Positions 17,108 through 27,844 are shown, numbered from the stretch's first letter. The stretch is 58,905 bases of DNA from an uncultured Candidatus Saccharibacteria bacterium (GCA_964452635.1 CAYVMP010000002.1:1-58905), one strand, 5' to 3'. Program-made: numbers and translations. Notes: a model not told the origin generated them from the sequence alone.

Positions 17108-18904
17108 ATGAATACACAACCCATACATTTTAAAAAAGGTTTTTCTCTCGTCGAACTACTTGTCGGGGTGTCTGTATTTTTGGTGATTATTGTATCTGTG
17201 TATGGGGCATATACATCTATATTTAATATTGTATTTACAAGTCGTGCAAAAATTGATGCAGTTGATTTGGTAAACGAACAACTTGAGATTATCAGAAATC
17301 TACCTTACTCAGATGTTGGAATTGTGAGTGGTATTCCTGTGGGGAGAATAACTCATGTACAGAATTTGGTGAGAGATGGGAGTACATTTACCGTAACTAC
17401 AACGATTCGTAATATAGACGACCCATTTGACGGGACACTTGGTGGAACACCTAACGACACTTCGCCATCTGATTTTAAGCTTGTTGAAATAGAGATTGGA
17501 TGTGTATTGTGTAAAAATTTTAAACCAATCATAGTCACCACACGTGTCGCTCCAAAAAATCTTGAAACTGCATCGACAAATGGTGCATTGTTTGTAAAAG
17601 TATTTGATGCTAATGGAAATCCTGTTTCAGATGCTTCGGTCCATATTGAAAATAACCAAGTTGTACCGAAAATCACTATTGATGATACGACGAATGTACA
17701 GGGAATGTTGCAGATTGTCGATGTTCCTCCCGGTGTTAATGCATATGAAATTACAGTTACCAAGACTGGTTTTTCAACTGATAAAACGTATTCATCATCC
17801 GTTTCTAATCCAAATCCTACGAAACCTCATGCCACAGTTGCACTTCAGCAAGTAACTCAAGTTAGTTTTTCAATTGATGCATTGAGTACTATTTCATTTA
17901 CATCGCAAACTCCACTGTGTACCGCAGTTCCTTCAATTGATTTTTCTCTTACGGGAAGTAAGACTATTGGTTCGAGTCCTGTTGTGTATAAATATTCTCA
18001 ATCAAAAATCACAAATGGTTCAGGGACGCTCTCTCTCGGTAGTATTGAGTGGGACTCCTACACAATTAATGCGATCGATGGAAGCTATGATTTGATTGGT
18101 ATTAACCCACTCTCACCAATGAATGTGTCTCCGGGGAGTACTCAAGCTGTGCAACTTATTGTTGCACCAAAGGATCCAGATACAATTTTGGTTGTAGTGA
18201 AAGATAGCACCACAGGACTTCCATTGTCTGGTGTTGATGTAACGCTTTCAAAATCAGGATTTAGTGCAACCAAAACCACAGGTCAGGGTTTCATCGGTCA
18301 GACTGATTGGTCAGGTGGTTCTGGAGTTGCAACATCTACAGGTGGGGCACAGTATCTTTCTTCTGATGGGAATATTGATACCACACATCCTGCGGGGGAT
18401 ATTGTGCTCAGGAATGTTTTCGGAGACTATATTCCAAGTGCACAGATGATTTCCTCTACGTACGATACTGGATCACAGAGTAATTTTCAAAAAATTATAT
18501 GGACACCTACAGATGTTCCTGTTCAGGTCGGTAGTCCAAGTGTTCGGTTTCAAATCGCCACAAACAATGACGGGGGAACATGGAATTTCACTGGTCCAGA
18601 CGGAACAAGTGCAACATACTATACTATTGCAAATCAAAACATTAATTCAATCAATAACAATACTCAGTATATTAGGTATAAATTGTTTTTAGATACAGCA
18701 TCAACAACATATACACCGACCGTATCTGACATATCATTTACGTTTACATCTGCATGTACTCCACCCGGACAAGTATATTTTTCAGACCTCTCTTCAGGAT
18801 CATACACTCTTCATTTATCAAAGACCGGATATGCTGATCAGGATGTGCCTGTGAGTGTTACGTCAAGCTGGCAGAGTCAGGAAGTAATCATGGTTTCAAA
18901 TTAA
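17108..18904 (+). CDS. Giant prepilin-type N-terminal methylation-motif protein (598 aa)
   Basis: KKG-FSLVELLVGVSVFLVIIV class III signal. Body has repeated beta-sandwich-like segments (VKVFDANGNPVSDASV..., VVVKDSTTGLPLSGVDV...). Confidence 0.8.
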   Translation: MNTQPIHFKKGFSLVELLVGVSVFLVIIVSVYGAYTSIFNIVFTSRAKIDAVDLVNEQLEIIRNLPYSDVGIVSGIPVGRITHVQNLVRDGSTFTVTTTIRNIDDPFDGTLGGTPNDTSPSDFKLVEIEIGCVLCKNFKPIIVTTRVAPKNLETASTNGALFVKVFDANGNPVSDASVHIENNQVVPKITIDDTTNVQGMLQIVDVPPGVNAYEITVTKTGFSTDKTYSSSVSNPNPTKPHATVALQQVTQVSFSIDALSTISFTSQTPLCTAVPSIDFSLTGSKTIGSSPVVYKYSQSKITNGSGTLSLGSIEWDSYTINAIDGSYDLIGINPLSPMNVSPGSTQAVQLIVAPKDPDTILVVVKDSTTGLPLSGVDVTLSKSGFSATKTTGQGFIGQTDWSGGSGVATSTGGAQYLSSDGNIDTTHPAGDIVLRNVFGDYIPSAQMISSTYDTGSQSNFQKIIWTPTDVPVQVGSPSVRFQIATNNDGGTWNFTGPDGTSATYYTIANQNINSINNNTQYIRYKLFLDTASTTYTPTVSDISFTFTSACTPPGQVYFSDLSSGSYTLHLSKTGYADQDVPVSVTSSWQSQEVIMVSN

Positions 18905-18905
18905 T

Positions 18906-19520
18906 ATGAAGTATACTCATACACAAAAAGGTTTTACTATCATCGAGTTACTCATTAGTATCGCAATCATCACCGCACTCACGGTTAGTGTCACAAGTTT
19001 TCAGCGAGATGTGTTTTATTTGAATAACACACTTCAATCGAGTCTCAACGCTCAACTTGATGCTCGTCATGTGGTTAAAATCGCTGTTGCTGAATTGAGA
19101 AAGGCATCACCATCAAGTTTGGGTGCATATCCAATAGAACTTGCATCTTCAACAGGTATTACATTTTACAGTGATATAGACAGTGACGGACAAAAGGAGA
19201 AAGTCAGATATTATTTAAGTGGCACGACAATCAAAAAGGGTGTGATTGCTCCTTCGGGAAACCCACTTACGTATTCAAGTGCAAATGAAAAAACAACCAC
19301 ATTGATAAACTCTGTGGTTGCAAGTACAACTGTGCCACTATTTCAATACTATTCATCAACATATACAGGTACGACATCTCCACTATCAATACCTGTGGAT
19401 GTTTCAACTGTGCGTTTGATCAAGATAACTGTTATTATTGATAATAACCCAGCACATTCTCCTGCACCGATCATTATTACATCTCAGGTGACGCTTCGAA
19501 ATGTAAAAGACAACTTATAA
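18906..19520 (+). CDS. Type IV pilin / pseudopilin (204 aa)
   Basis: QKG-FTIIELLISIAIITALTV prepilin motif. Starts 2 nt after the previous stop. Confidence 0.8.
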   Translation: MKYTHTQKGFTIIELLISIAIITALTVSVTSFQRDVFYLNNTLQSSLNAQLDARHVVKIAVAELRKASPSSLGAYPIELASSTGITFYSDIDSDGQKEKVRYYLSGTTIKKGVIAPSGNPLTYSSANEKTTTLINSVVASTTVPLFQYYSSTYTGTTSPLSIPVDVSTVRLIKITVIIDNNPAHSPAPIIITSQVTLRNVKDNL

Positions 19521-20989
19521 TGAGTACTGTATACAAAAAAAATATATCTGGTTCCATTCTCATTCAAGCTGTTGTGTTTGGATCAATCTCTGTTGTTATT
19601 ATAGGAGCACTCATTAGTTGGGCTGGTGTGAATATAAAGGCTTCACGTGTAGCGGGATATCGAGAACAAGCATTACAGATAGCAGAGGCAGGAATTGATT
19701 ACTATAGATGGCATCTTGCACATGCACCGACGGATTATAAGGATGGTAATGCGACATCAACAGGTCCGTATGTCCATCATTTTTACGATAAAGACGGAGT
19801 AAAAATTGGCTCATTTACATTGGAGATTACTCCGCCGGCAACAGGTTTTACATTGGTGAAAGTTAAATCAACAGGTCGCATAGATAGTGATTTAACAGTG
19901 TATCGGAGCATTCAAGCTCAACTCGCGATTCCATCTTTTGCAAAATATGCAGTGGTTGCAAATGATAATATGCGATTTGGTGAAGGAACAGAAGTGTACG
20001 GGCCAATACATTCAAACGGAGGTATTAGATTTGATGGTATCGCACATAATGTTATTTCAAGTGCGCGTACATCATATGACGACCCCGATCATTCAGGAGG
20101 ACAGGAATTCGGTGTGCATACCCATGTTAATGTTCCTCCAAGTACTGGTGTTAATGATGCTTTTCGATCCACAGAGGCTCCTTCGTCAGTAGTTGCGAAT
20201 AGATCAGATGTTTTTCTTGCAGGAAGAGTGTTTCCTGCACCTGCGGTTGATTTTGCTGGTATGACTACTGATTTGGCACAGATTAAGAGCGGAGCACAGT
20301 CAGCAGGAAGGTATTTCTCTAGTTCAGGTGCACAAGGATATCATATTATATTTAAAACGAATGATACATTTGATGTGTATAGAGTAACAAATCTTGCGAC
20401 TCAAAATGGTTGTAGTAACACACAGTCTCAGGCAGGGTGGGGTATTTGGAGTATTAAAGCAAGTAACGGTCAAACATTTGTTGCAAACTATGCAATACCT
20501 GCAAATGGACTGATTTTTGTTGAAGACAATGTCTGGGTTGATGGACAGATTCAGACTGCACGAGTCACACTTGCTGCTGGACGTTTTCCCGATAGCCCTT
20601 CTACTCGTCCAAGCATTACAATCAATAGCAATATGTTGTATACAACATATGATGGACAAGACGTCCTATCACTCATATCGCAGGGAGATATCAATACAGG
20701 CCTCAATAGTGCGGATACGCTTCGTATAGACGGAGCACTTGTAGCTCAGAATGGACGTATTGGAAGATACTATTACTCATCTTCGTGTGGTTCAAACTAT
20801 GTACGTTCAAGTCTGACGCTCTATGGAATGATTGCAAGCAATATTCGATACGGTTTTGCATATACAGACGGCACTGGGTACGACGTGCGAAACATTATAT
20901 ATGATGCAAACTTACTCTACGGTCCACCGCCAAGTTTCCCTCTGACATCCGATCAGTACCAGACTGTTTCTTGGGAGGAGGTGAGGTAA
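19520..20989 (+). CDS. PilX-like pilus-associated protein (489 aa)
   Basis: Hydrophobic N terminus GSILIQAVVFGSISVVIIGALISW without Glu+5. TAATG overlap with the upstream pilin gene. Confidence 0.6.
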   Translation: MSTVYKKNISGSILIQAVVFGSISVVIIGALISWAGVNIKASRVAGYREQALQIAEAGIDYYRWHLAHAPTDYKDGNATSTGPYVHHFYDKDGVKIGSFTLEITPPATGFTLVKVKSTGRIDSDLTVYRSIQAQLAIPSFAKYAVVANDNMRFGEGTEVYGPIHSNGGIRFDGIAHNVISSARTSYDDPDHSGGQEFGVHTHVNVPPSTGVNDAFRSTEAPSSVVANRSDVFLAGRVFPAPAVDFAGMTTDLAQIKSGAQSAGRYFSSSGAQGYHIIFKTNDTFDVYRVTNLATQNGCSNTQSQAGWGIWSIKASNGQTFVANYAIPANGLIFVEDNVWVDGQIQTARVTLAAGRFPDSPSTRPSITINSNMLYTTYDGQDVLSLISQGDINTGLNSADTLRIDGALVAQNGRIGRYYYSSSCGSNYVRSSLTLYGMIASNIRYGFAYTDGTGYDVRNIIYDANLLYGPPPSFPLTSDQYQTVSWEEVR

Positions 20990-21015
20990 TGTGTTTTTTG
21001 TGCTAGAATTGGCGT

Positions 21016-21777
21016 ATGAAAAAAGTCAAAAAACTTATTGTCGGTAATTGGAAAATGAATCCAATTGATGTTTCTTCTGCAAAGAAAATAGCGGGTGATA
21101 TAAAACGCGGTGTTAAATCTATTAAAAAAATTCACACAGTTGTGTGCCCTCCGTCCGTATTTTTAGGGAGTTTGGCAACAATACCAACACATTCATTGTT
21201 TCTCGGTGTACAAGATGCCTTCTATGAACCATTTGGATCATACACAGGGTATGTCAGTGTCAATCAACTTCTCGATTTTAAAGTAAGTCACGTTATCATT
21301 GGTCACTCAGAGAGACGTGCTCGTGGAGAGACTGATGAAATGGTACAGAAAAAGGTCAACGCAGTACTCGGAGAAGGTCTTACTGCCATTGTCTGTATTG
21401 GTGAAGAAGTTCGGGATAAAGAAGGCAACTATTTACTTCATCTCAAAAACCAGATTACACGTGCTACTGCTGATATTTCTAAAAAAAATCTTGAACGCAT
21501 TGTGATTGCATACGAACCGGTATTTTCGATCGGTGCATCTCATCCGATGAATGTTCGTGAGATACACGAGACGACGATTTATATTAGAAAGGTACTACAT
21601 GATATATTTGGTTCGATTTCCGATTCCGTGCGAGTACTCTACGGAGGAGCCGTGGATACTGTGAGTGCACGGAGTATTGTTCTCGAGGGATTTGTAGACG
21701 GATTGTTGATTGGTCGTGCAAGTATAAAACCAAAGGATTTCGTTACTATTATTAAAGATATCGAGGCACATATATAG
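21016..21777 (+). CDS. tpiA: Triosephosphate isomerase
   Basis: VGNWKMN, IGHSERR, AYEPVFSIG, GGA motifs. Confidence 0.93.
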   Translation: MKKVKKLIVGNWKMNPIDVSSAKKIAGDIKRGVKSIKKIHTVVCPPSVFLGSLATIPTHSLFLGVQDAFYEPFGSYTGYVSVNQLLDFKVSHVIIGHSERRARGETDEMVQKKVNAVLGEGLTAIVCIGEEVRDKEGNYLLHLKNQITRATADISKKNLERIVIAYEPVFSIGASHPMNVREIHETTIYIRKVLHDIFGSISDSVRVLYGGAVDTVSARSIVLEGFVDGLLIGRASIKPKDFVTIIKDIEAHI

Positions 21778-21780
21778 AAT

Positions 21781-22917
21781 ATGATTACATATATTGATGA
21801 ACAGGTTGATGTGGCGGGTAAGTATGTATTATTACGAGCCGATCTCAATGTTCCTATTGTTGATGGTCAAGTTCGAGATACGTTTCGACTTGAACGCATC
21901 ATTGAAACAATAGATTTTTTGAGATTGCATAAAGCTCGAGTTGTTATTATTGCTCATTGTGAGGGTGCAGAATCGAAGACATTGCTCCCAATGTGGAAGT
22001 ATCTGAACGGATTTTTTCCAGTTCATTTTTCTGAAACATACTTTACTCCAGAGGCATATCATATTGTTTCTGAGTTAAAAGATTCAGACGTTGTATTGTT
22101 TGAAAATGTGAGAATAAATAGTGGAGAAAAAGATAATGATCCAGAATTTTCAAAGAAATTAGCATCATTAGCAGAAATATATGTTAACGATGCTTTTTCT
22201 GTCTCGCATAGATCACATGCGTCAATCGTTGGTGTCCCAGCATTTCTTCCACATTATGGTGGCTTGTTGATGCGTCAGGAAATTGAAAATATATCTAAAG
22301 CATTCAACCCAGAACATCCATTTCTCTTCATACTTGGTGGTGCAAAATTTGAAACCAAATTGTCACTTATAAAAAAATACATTGATCGCGCAGATCATGT
22401 ATTGATTGCGGGGGCGCTCGCTAATAATTTCTTTGTAGAGATGGGGTATGAAGTCGGAACATCTCTCGTATCTTCTGGTGATTTTGGTATACGTCAGATG
22501 TTAGAAGATAATATACAGACAAATAAACTCATCATTCCCACAGATGTTACCGTCCAAAAACCTGATGGATCTATCGTATTTAAAAAAAGTAATGAAGTAT
22601 TGCCCGATGAATATATAGGTGATGTGGGTACAGAAACAATAGAATGCATACGAAAAATTATTGAACAATCAAAAACTATTGTCTGGAACGGTCCACTAGG
22701 AAACTACGAAAAGGGATTTTCTGATAAAACAGAAACATTAGCAGAGATTATCGCAGACAGTGGTGCAACATCAATCGTTGGGGGAGGTGATACATTGGCC
22801 GCGATTGCAAAACTAAATAACTACGAAAAGTTTACTTTCGTTTCTACTGGAGGAGGAGCAATGCTTGATTTCCTAGTCAACGAAACTCTGCCGGGGATAC
22901 AGGCGCTTGAAAAATAG
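21781..22917 (+). CDS. pgk: Phosphoglycerate kinase
   Basis: RADLNVP, AHCEG, FENVR, STGGGA motifs. 378 aa. Confidence 0.93.
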   Translation: MITYIDEQVDVAGKYVLLRADLNVPIVDGQVRDTFRLERIIETIDFLRLHKARVVIIAHCEGAESKTLLPMWKYLNGFFPVHFSETYFTPEAYHIVSELKDSDVVLFENVRINSGEKDNDPEFSKKLASLAEIYVNDAFSVSHRSHASIVGVPAFLPHYGGLLMRQEIENISKAFNPEHPFLFILGGAKFETKLSLIKKYIDRADHVLIAGALANNFFVEMGYEVGTSLVSSGDFGIRQMLEDNIQTNKLIIPTDVTVQKPDGSIVFKKSNEVLPDEYIGDVGTETIECIRKIIEQSKTIVWNGPLGNYEKGFSDKTETLAEIIADSGATSIVGGGDTLAAIAKLNNYEKFTFVSTGGGAMLDFLVNETLPGIQALEK

Positions 22918-22930
22918 ATTTTAAGTTTGG

Positions 22931-23296
22931 TTATCGAATCTCTTTCTTTATCTTCTCAGCGTTTGCTTGGAAGTCTTTTTTGTCCCCATGTACAAAAGAA
23001 TTTGGAAATACCCACACATGAGCGTGTTGAACTTCATCACCTACGATTTTTGACATAATCCAGTTAGTGTTGAACGCACTTCTCTGTGCAATAGCTATCT
23101 TTTTTACAATTTCGAAATACTGACCGATATTAGGAACATCCCATACCCACTGAGTGTGTTGTTTTGGTATGACCTGTACGTGTCCGGGGGATTGAGGGTT
23201 GATATCAAGAAAGGCAATATATGTATCGTCTTCATACACAATATATGCAGCGACATCACGAGAAACTATTTTACAAAAAATACAATTATCATCCAT
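22931..23296 (-). CDS. HIT family protein
   Basis: CIFCKI start and histidine triad QHAHVWVFP. Confidence 0.85.
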   Translation of the reverse strand: MDDNCIFCKIVSRDVAAYIVYEDDTYIAFLDINPQSPGHVQVIPKQHTQWVWDVPNIGQYFEIVKKIAIAQRSAFNTNWIMSKIVGDEVQHAHVWVFPNSFVHGDKKDFQANAEKIKKEIR

Positions 23297-23368
23297 GCCT
23301 GTATTCTACCATATATATTGTCATGTCAAAACTAAGAACCCACCATTTTCTGTGGTACACTTGCCTGT

Positions 23369-25111
23369 ATGAAAAACTATGTAGTACGAGATGGTATGCC
23401 AGATGATGTGAGACAGAGTCTCGCACAGTATGAACCACTTGTTCAGGAACTGTTGTATGTACGTGGTGTTCAGACAGTCGAGGATGCATACTCATTTCTT
23501 AACCCAGTGTATGATATCGGTCTGTATAATCCGTTTCTACTTAAGGATATGGATAGTGTGTGTGCTCGAATACTGAGTGCAATCACACAGAATGAAAAGA
23601 TTGCAATCTATAGTGACTACGATGCTGATGGTATTCCCGGGGCTGTAGTGTTACATGATCTTTCTAAAAAAATTGGATTTGAAAATGTTGTAAATTATAT
23701 CCCACTTCGTAATGAGGAAGGATTTGGTCTCAATGAAAAGGCGATTACAGATTTACAGTCACAGTCAGTGACACTACTCATCACTATCGACTGTGGTATT
23801 ACTGATGTTGATGAGGTCGCTCATGCCACGCGTTGTGGTATAGACGTTATCATCACAGACCATCATATTCCTAGTGCAATACTTCCATCTGCATTCGGGA
23901 TCATCAATCCAAAGCAAGACGGGTGTATGTATCCCGAGAAAATGCTTTGTGGATCCGGTGTAATTTTTAAAGTTGTGCAGGCACTTATCATCCGAGGTCG
24001 GGAAGAAGGTGTATATACGGTGCCGGAAGGATTTGAGAAATGGCTTCTTGATATGGTTGGATTGGCAACACTGTCTGATATGGTGCCATTGGTCGGGGAG
24101 AACCGTGTGTTTGCATATTATGGGATGACTGTATTGCGAAAATCTCCACGTGCAGGACTGAGATCGCTTTTTTCACTTTTGAAAATAAATCAACACTCGG
24201 TCACTGAAGATGATATTGCATTCATGATTACACCGCGTATAAATGCAGCTTCTCGAATGGGTATTCCACATGATGCATTTTTATTACTATCAACTAAAAA
24301 TGATAGTGAGGCACAGACACTCGCACATCACTTGAATGAAAAAAATGATGAACGAAAAGGTGTTGTTGCACACATGGTTAAAGAAATTAAAAAAAGGATG
24401 CATGAACGGGGAGATGGAATTTCGGAGAATATAAAAAAAGTGATTGTGATCGGTAATCCAGAGTGGAAGCCGTCTCTCCTTGGATTAGTTGCAAATAGTT
24501 TTTCTGATGAACATAACCGACCGGTGTTTCTGTGGGGTCGAGAAGGTGGTGAGGAAACAGAAACTATTATTAAGGGTTCGTGTCGTGCGGGTGGAGATAC
24601 AGATATTGTGGCACTGATGGAGAGGGCGAAAGATGTCTTTCTGGACTATGGTGGGCATAAGGGTGCGGGAGGTTTTTCTGTATCACATGAAAATATTCAT
24701 ACACTCGAGGAAAGACTTAATCGTGCATACGATGAGTTGTATACGGGCGAGGCTTCTCCGGTCGATGTTTTAATTGACCGCAGATTGACGCTTGATGATG
24801 TGCAGTGGAATACATACACATATATAGAAAAATTCGCTCCGTTTGGGCACACCAATCCTAAACCACTATTTTTATTTGAACAGGTGCGAGTGAGTTCATG
24901 TAAATTGTTTGGAAAAGAAAAAAATCATTTAGAAATAAAATTTAAAAATTCATACGGCAAAGATATCGTAGCGATTGCATTCTTTTCTACACTCGATAGT
25001 TTTGGGATTCCTCTCAGTGAGGGTGTTACTCTCAATCTTATTGCAACGTTGGAAAAATCAACATTCAGAAATTTTCCTGAATTGCGGTTGCGTATCGTGG
25101 ATATATATTAG
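23369..25111 (+). CDS. recJ: Single-stranded-DNA-specific exonuclease RecJ
   Basis: DHH motifs (YSDYDADG, ITDHH) and a DHHA1 region with GGHKGAGG. Confidence 0.9.
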   Translation: MKNYVVRDGMPDDVRQSLAQYEPLVQELLYVRGVQTVEDAYSFLNPVYDIGLYNPFLLKDMDSVCARILSAITQNEKIAIYSDYDADGIPGAVVLHDLSKKIGFENVVNYIPLRNEEGFGLNEKAITDLQSQSVTLLITIDCGITDVDEVAHATRCGIDVIITDHHIPSAILPSAFGIINPKQDGCMYPEKMLCGSGVIFKVVQALIIRGREEGVYTVPEGFEKWLLDMVGLATLSDMVPLVGENRVFAYYGMTVLRKSPRAGLRSLFSLLKINQHSVTEDDIAFMITPRINAASRMGIPHDAFLLLSTKNDSEAQTLAHHLNEKNDERKGVVAHMVKEIKKRMHERGDGISENIKKVIVIGNPEWKPSLLGLVANSFSDEHNRPVFLWGREGGEETETIIKGSCRAGGDTDIVALMERAKDVFLDYGGHKGAGGFSVSHENIHTLEERLNRAYDELYTGEASPVDVLIDRRLTLDDVQWNTYTYIEKFAPFGHTNPKPLFLFEQVRVSSCKLFGKEKNHLEIKFKNSYGKDIVAIAFFSTLDSFGIPLSEGVTLNLIATLEKSTFRNFPELRLRIVDIY

Positions 25112-25134
25112 CCAACTTTGATATACTATATCGT

Positions 25135-25818
25135 ATGAATATTATTTTTACTGACGGATCATCACGTGGGAATCCTGGGCCGGGTGGATGGGCAACGATT
25201 GTGGCGACATCTGACACTGTACATGAATACGGTGGCAGGGAAGATCTTACAACCAACAACAGAATGGAACTCATGGCTGTGATTGTTGGATTTGAAAAAA
25301 CAACTCCAGATATGCCTGTCACTGTGTACACAGACTCAGCGTATGTTGTATCTGGTATGACACGATGGATACATGGATGGAGAAAAAATAATTGGAAAAC
25401 ATCAACTAATCAAGATGTTCTTAATATTGATTTGTGGCAGTGGTTGGTGCGTGTGACGACACGTCGAACAATCGAGTGGAGACTTCTCAAAGGGCACAGT
25501 GGTGTACCGGGGAATGAACGGTGCGATGTGATTGCTACGTCATACGCAGACAGTAAACCAATCGTGCTCTATGGTGGTTCACGGTCTCGGTATGGTGTTG
25601 ACCTCACTGTTTCTCACATTCCAACTCTAAAAGCAAAAAGTAAAAATCGTGCTAAACCATACTCATATGTGTCTAAAGTTGGCGGTATTATTAAGATTCA
25701 TACAACGTGGGATGAATGCCTTTCCTATGTAAAAGGGGTCTCGGGTGCTTTGTATAGGAAGGCCGTTTCACAAGGCGATGAAGACGATATCGTCGCTGAA
25801 TTTAAAGAAAAAAAATAA
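25135..25818 (+). CDS. rnhA: Ribonuclease HI with a C-terminal hybrid-binding-like domain
   Basis: RNase H core (FTDGSSRGNPGPGGW, NNRMEL, YTDS, GNERCD). The tail PYSYVSKVGG.IKIHTTWDECLSYVKGVSGALYRKA resembles an RNase H1/viroplasmin HBD. Confidence 0.85.
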   Translation: MNIIFTDGSSRGNPGPGGWATIVATSDTVHEYGGREDLTTNNRMELMAVIVGFEKTTPDMPVTVYTDSAYVVSGMTRWIHGWRKNNWKTSTNQDVLNIDLWQWLVRVTTRRTIEWRLLKGHSGVPGNERCDVIATSYADSKPIVLYGGSRSRYGVDLTVSHIPTLKAKSKNRAKPYSYVSKVGGIIKIHTTWDECLSYVKGVSGALYRKAVSQGDEDDIVAEFKEKK

Positions 25819-25861
25819 ATTCCCACAGCATGTGTAGGAATTTATTTTTTTTATACACATT

Positions 25862-27340
25862 ATGATGTCACTCCTCCTTTCGGGATTCATATCTGGAATA
25901 CTCATAGGTTCTGTTTTTCCAATCACTGTGTACGTAATTGTGGCCTTTTTGTTTCTCTGTTTGATGCTGTGGGTGAGTTCTCTCTATCGGAGTGATACAG
26001 AAAAAATAATATATAAAAAATATGCACTGTTCACTTTATTTTTTGTTGTTGGATTGAGTCGTATATATGTATCATATATATACAGAGAATCAGAATTAAA
26101 AAATTTCACGAATCACAAAATTTTTGCACATGGAATTATTGTCGCTGAACCAGATGTTCGTGAAAAAAATACCCAACTAACAATCAGTGTAAGAGAAATA
26201 GGTGGTGATACGGGAACAACCACGGTACGTGAAAATATTATTGTTCGTGTTCCATTGTATCCAGAATTTAAATATGGTGACATGGTGTCTCTGACCACCA
26301 CACTTGTTCCTCCAGAAAATATAGATGCAGGAGATGGACGTCAATTCGACTACGTTCATTATTTAGAAGCACGAGAGGTGTGGTATGTCGGACAGTCACC
26401 ACATATGAAGGTGATCTCGCATAACCATGGGAACAGAGTGAAGTCGTGGCTCTTTGCTCTCAAAAATATTTTTACAGAAAGTATTAGTCGTGCCATACCT
26501 CCACCAGAATCCAGTCTTCTTGCTGGTCTTCTTATTGGTAGCAAGCAAGCACTTGGAAAAGAATTACTTGCAGAATTTTCTCGTGCGGGTGTGTCGCATG
26601 TGGTTGTGTTGTCGGGATATAACATTGCGATTGTTGCAGAAAGTATTATGGCGATACTTGTATTTTTGCCAGCAACAGTTTCATTTGGTATCGGATGCGT
26701 AAGCATTATTCTTTTCACGCTTCTTGCGGGTGGGGGAGCGTCGGGTGTGCGTGCTGCTATCATGGTGCTTGTGGCACTCTGTGCACGAAAACTTGGGAGA
26801 GAGTACCACGTGCCTCGTGCTTTTGGGTTTGCTGTTGTGCTCATGCTCGTCCACAACCCAACACTTCTCGTGTTTGATCCCTCGTTCCAACTTTCTGTTC
26901 TCGCGACTATCGGTATTATTTTTGTCTCGCCGTATCTCACTCCATATTTTTCGAAGGTGACAGAGAAGTTTGGTTTGCGTGAAATTGTATCATCGACTGT
27001 GGCAACTCAGATAACTGTATTACCTTTTCTCATTTACACAACAGGTCTACTTTCTTTCGTTTCACTTCTTATAAATATTTTAATTCTCGGAACTATTCCA
27101 CTGACTATGTTTCTTGGATTTGTAACAGGTGTTGCTGGGTTGTTCTCCCTCTATCTTTCATTCATACCTGCATTACCGACATATTTACTTCTGTGGTATC
27201 AACTCACTATCGTCCACATTGGTGCAACGCTACCGTTTGGCGTTGTTCATATTCCAGTATTTTCATTTTGGATTTTGATTGTTGTATACGTAATTCTATT
27301 CATCGGACTATTTTTATTGAAAAACAAAACCGCTCGATAG
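25862..27340 (+). CDS. comEC: ComEC/Rec2 competence channel (membrane part only, no MBL domain)
   Basis: Polytopic membrane protein with the competence-domain motif LLAGLLIGSK...GVSHVVVLSGYNI. Ends before any beta-lactamase domain. Confidence 0.8.
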   Translation: MMSLLLSGFISGILIGSVFPITVYVIVAFLFLCLMLWVSSLYRSDTEKIIYKKYALFTLFFVVGLSRIYVSYIYRESELKNFTNHKIFAHGIIVAEPDVREKNTQLTISVREIGGDTGTTTVRENIIVRVPLYPEFKYGDMVSLTTTLVPPENIDAGDGRQFDYVHYLEAREVWYVGQSPHMKVISHNHGNRVKSWLFALKNIFTESISRAIPPPESSLLAGLLIGSKQALGKELLAEFSRAGVSHVVVLSGYNIAIVAESIMAILVFLPATVSFGIGCVSIILFTLLAGGGASGVRAAIMVLVALCARKLGREYHVPRAFGFAVVLMLVHNPTLLVFDPSFQLSVLATIGIIFVSPYLTPYFSKVTEKFGLREIVSSTVATQITVLPFLIYTTGLLSFVSLLINILILGTIPLTMFLGFVTGVAGLFSLYLSFIPALPTYLLLWYQLTIVHIGATLPFGVVHIPVFSFWILIVVYVILFIGLFLLKNKTAR

Positions 27341-27367
27341 TTTTCACTTCGAACGGTTCACCAACCT

Positions 27368-27778
27368 TTATTTTGCTAGCATCTGTGCATTTGCTAGCAT
27401 GCACACCGCTAGATCTTCAGAGCGTATTCCGTTGTAACTTCTGTATATGTGCACCCCCTTGGCGTCCATATACGCAACTGATCCATCAATCAGACCGTTA
27501 ATCTTACTTTTCACTTTTGTTGCAAACACAATCCGGATGTTTGGGTTGTGTTGAATGAGTGTTCCTGCCCCTAACATAAATTCTAGGGGTATGTATTCCG
27601 TAACGTAGTGCATTATGCACAGGACCCCAATATTTTTCTTCGTAATTACTTTGTCGAGGTCATCAATGAACTCATCAAATTTTGCATCACTCATTAGTGG
27701 GTACGTGTGAACTGGGTAACTTTCTTCCAGAGATGTAACATCTCTGTGTGCACAGGTCACCAACACATTATTTTTCAT
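27368..27778 (-). CDS. Hypothetical protein (136 aa)
   Basis: Clean ORF, no motif recognised. Lies between the two ComEC parts. Confidence 0.5.
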   Translation of the reverse strand: MKNNVLVTCAHRDVTSLEESYPVHTYPLMSDAKFDEFIDDLDKVITKKNIGVLCIMHYVTEYIPLEFMLGAGTLIQHNPNIRIVFATKVKSKINGLIDGSVAYMDAKGVHIYRSYNGIRSEDLAVCMLANAQMLAK

Positions 27779-27844
27779 AAAATCCTTTCTATGAAAAATA
27801 TAAACTACTTTTTTAATTTTGTCAAAAAATGGTCACTCTCAAGA

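Noticed and set aside
26359-26940. 193-aa minus-strand ORF inside comEC (plus several smaller ones at 26454-26960)
   Set aside because: It is antisense to a well-supported polytopic ComEC frame and has Arg/Ser/Pro-rich composition with no motif.
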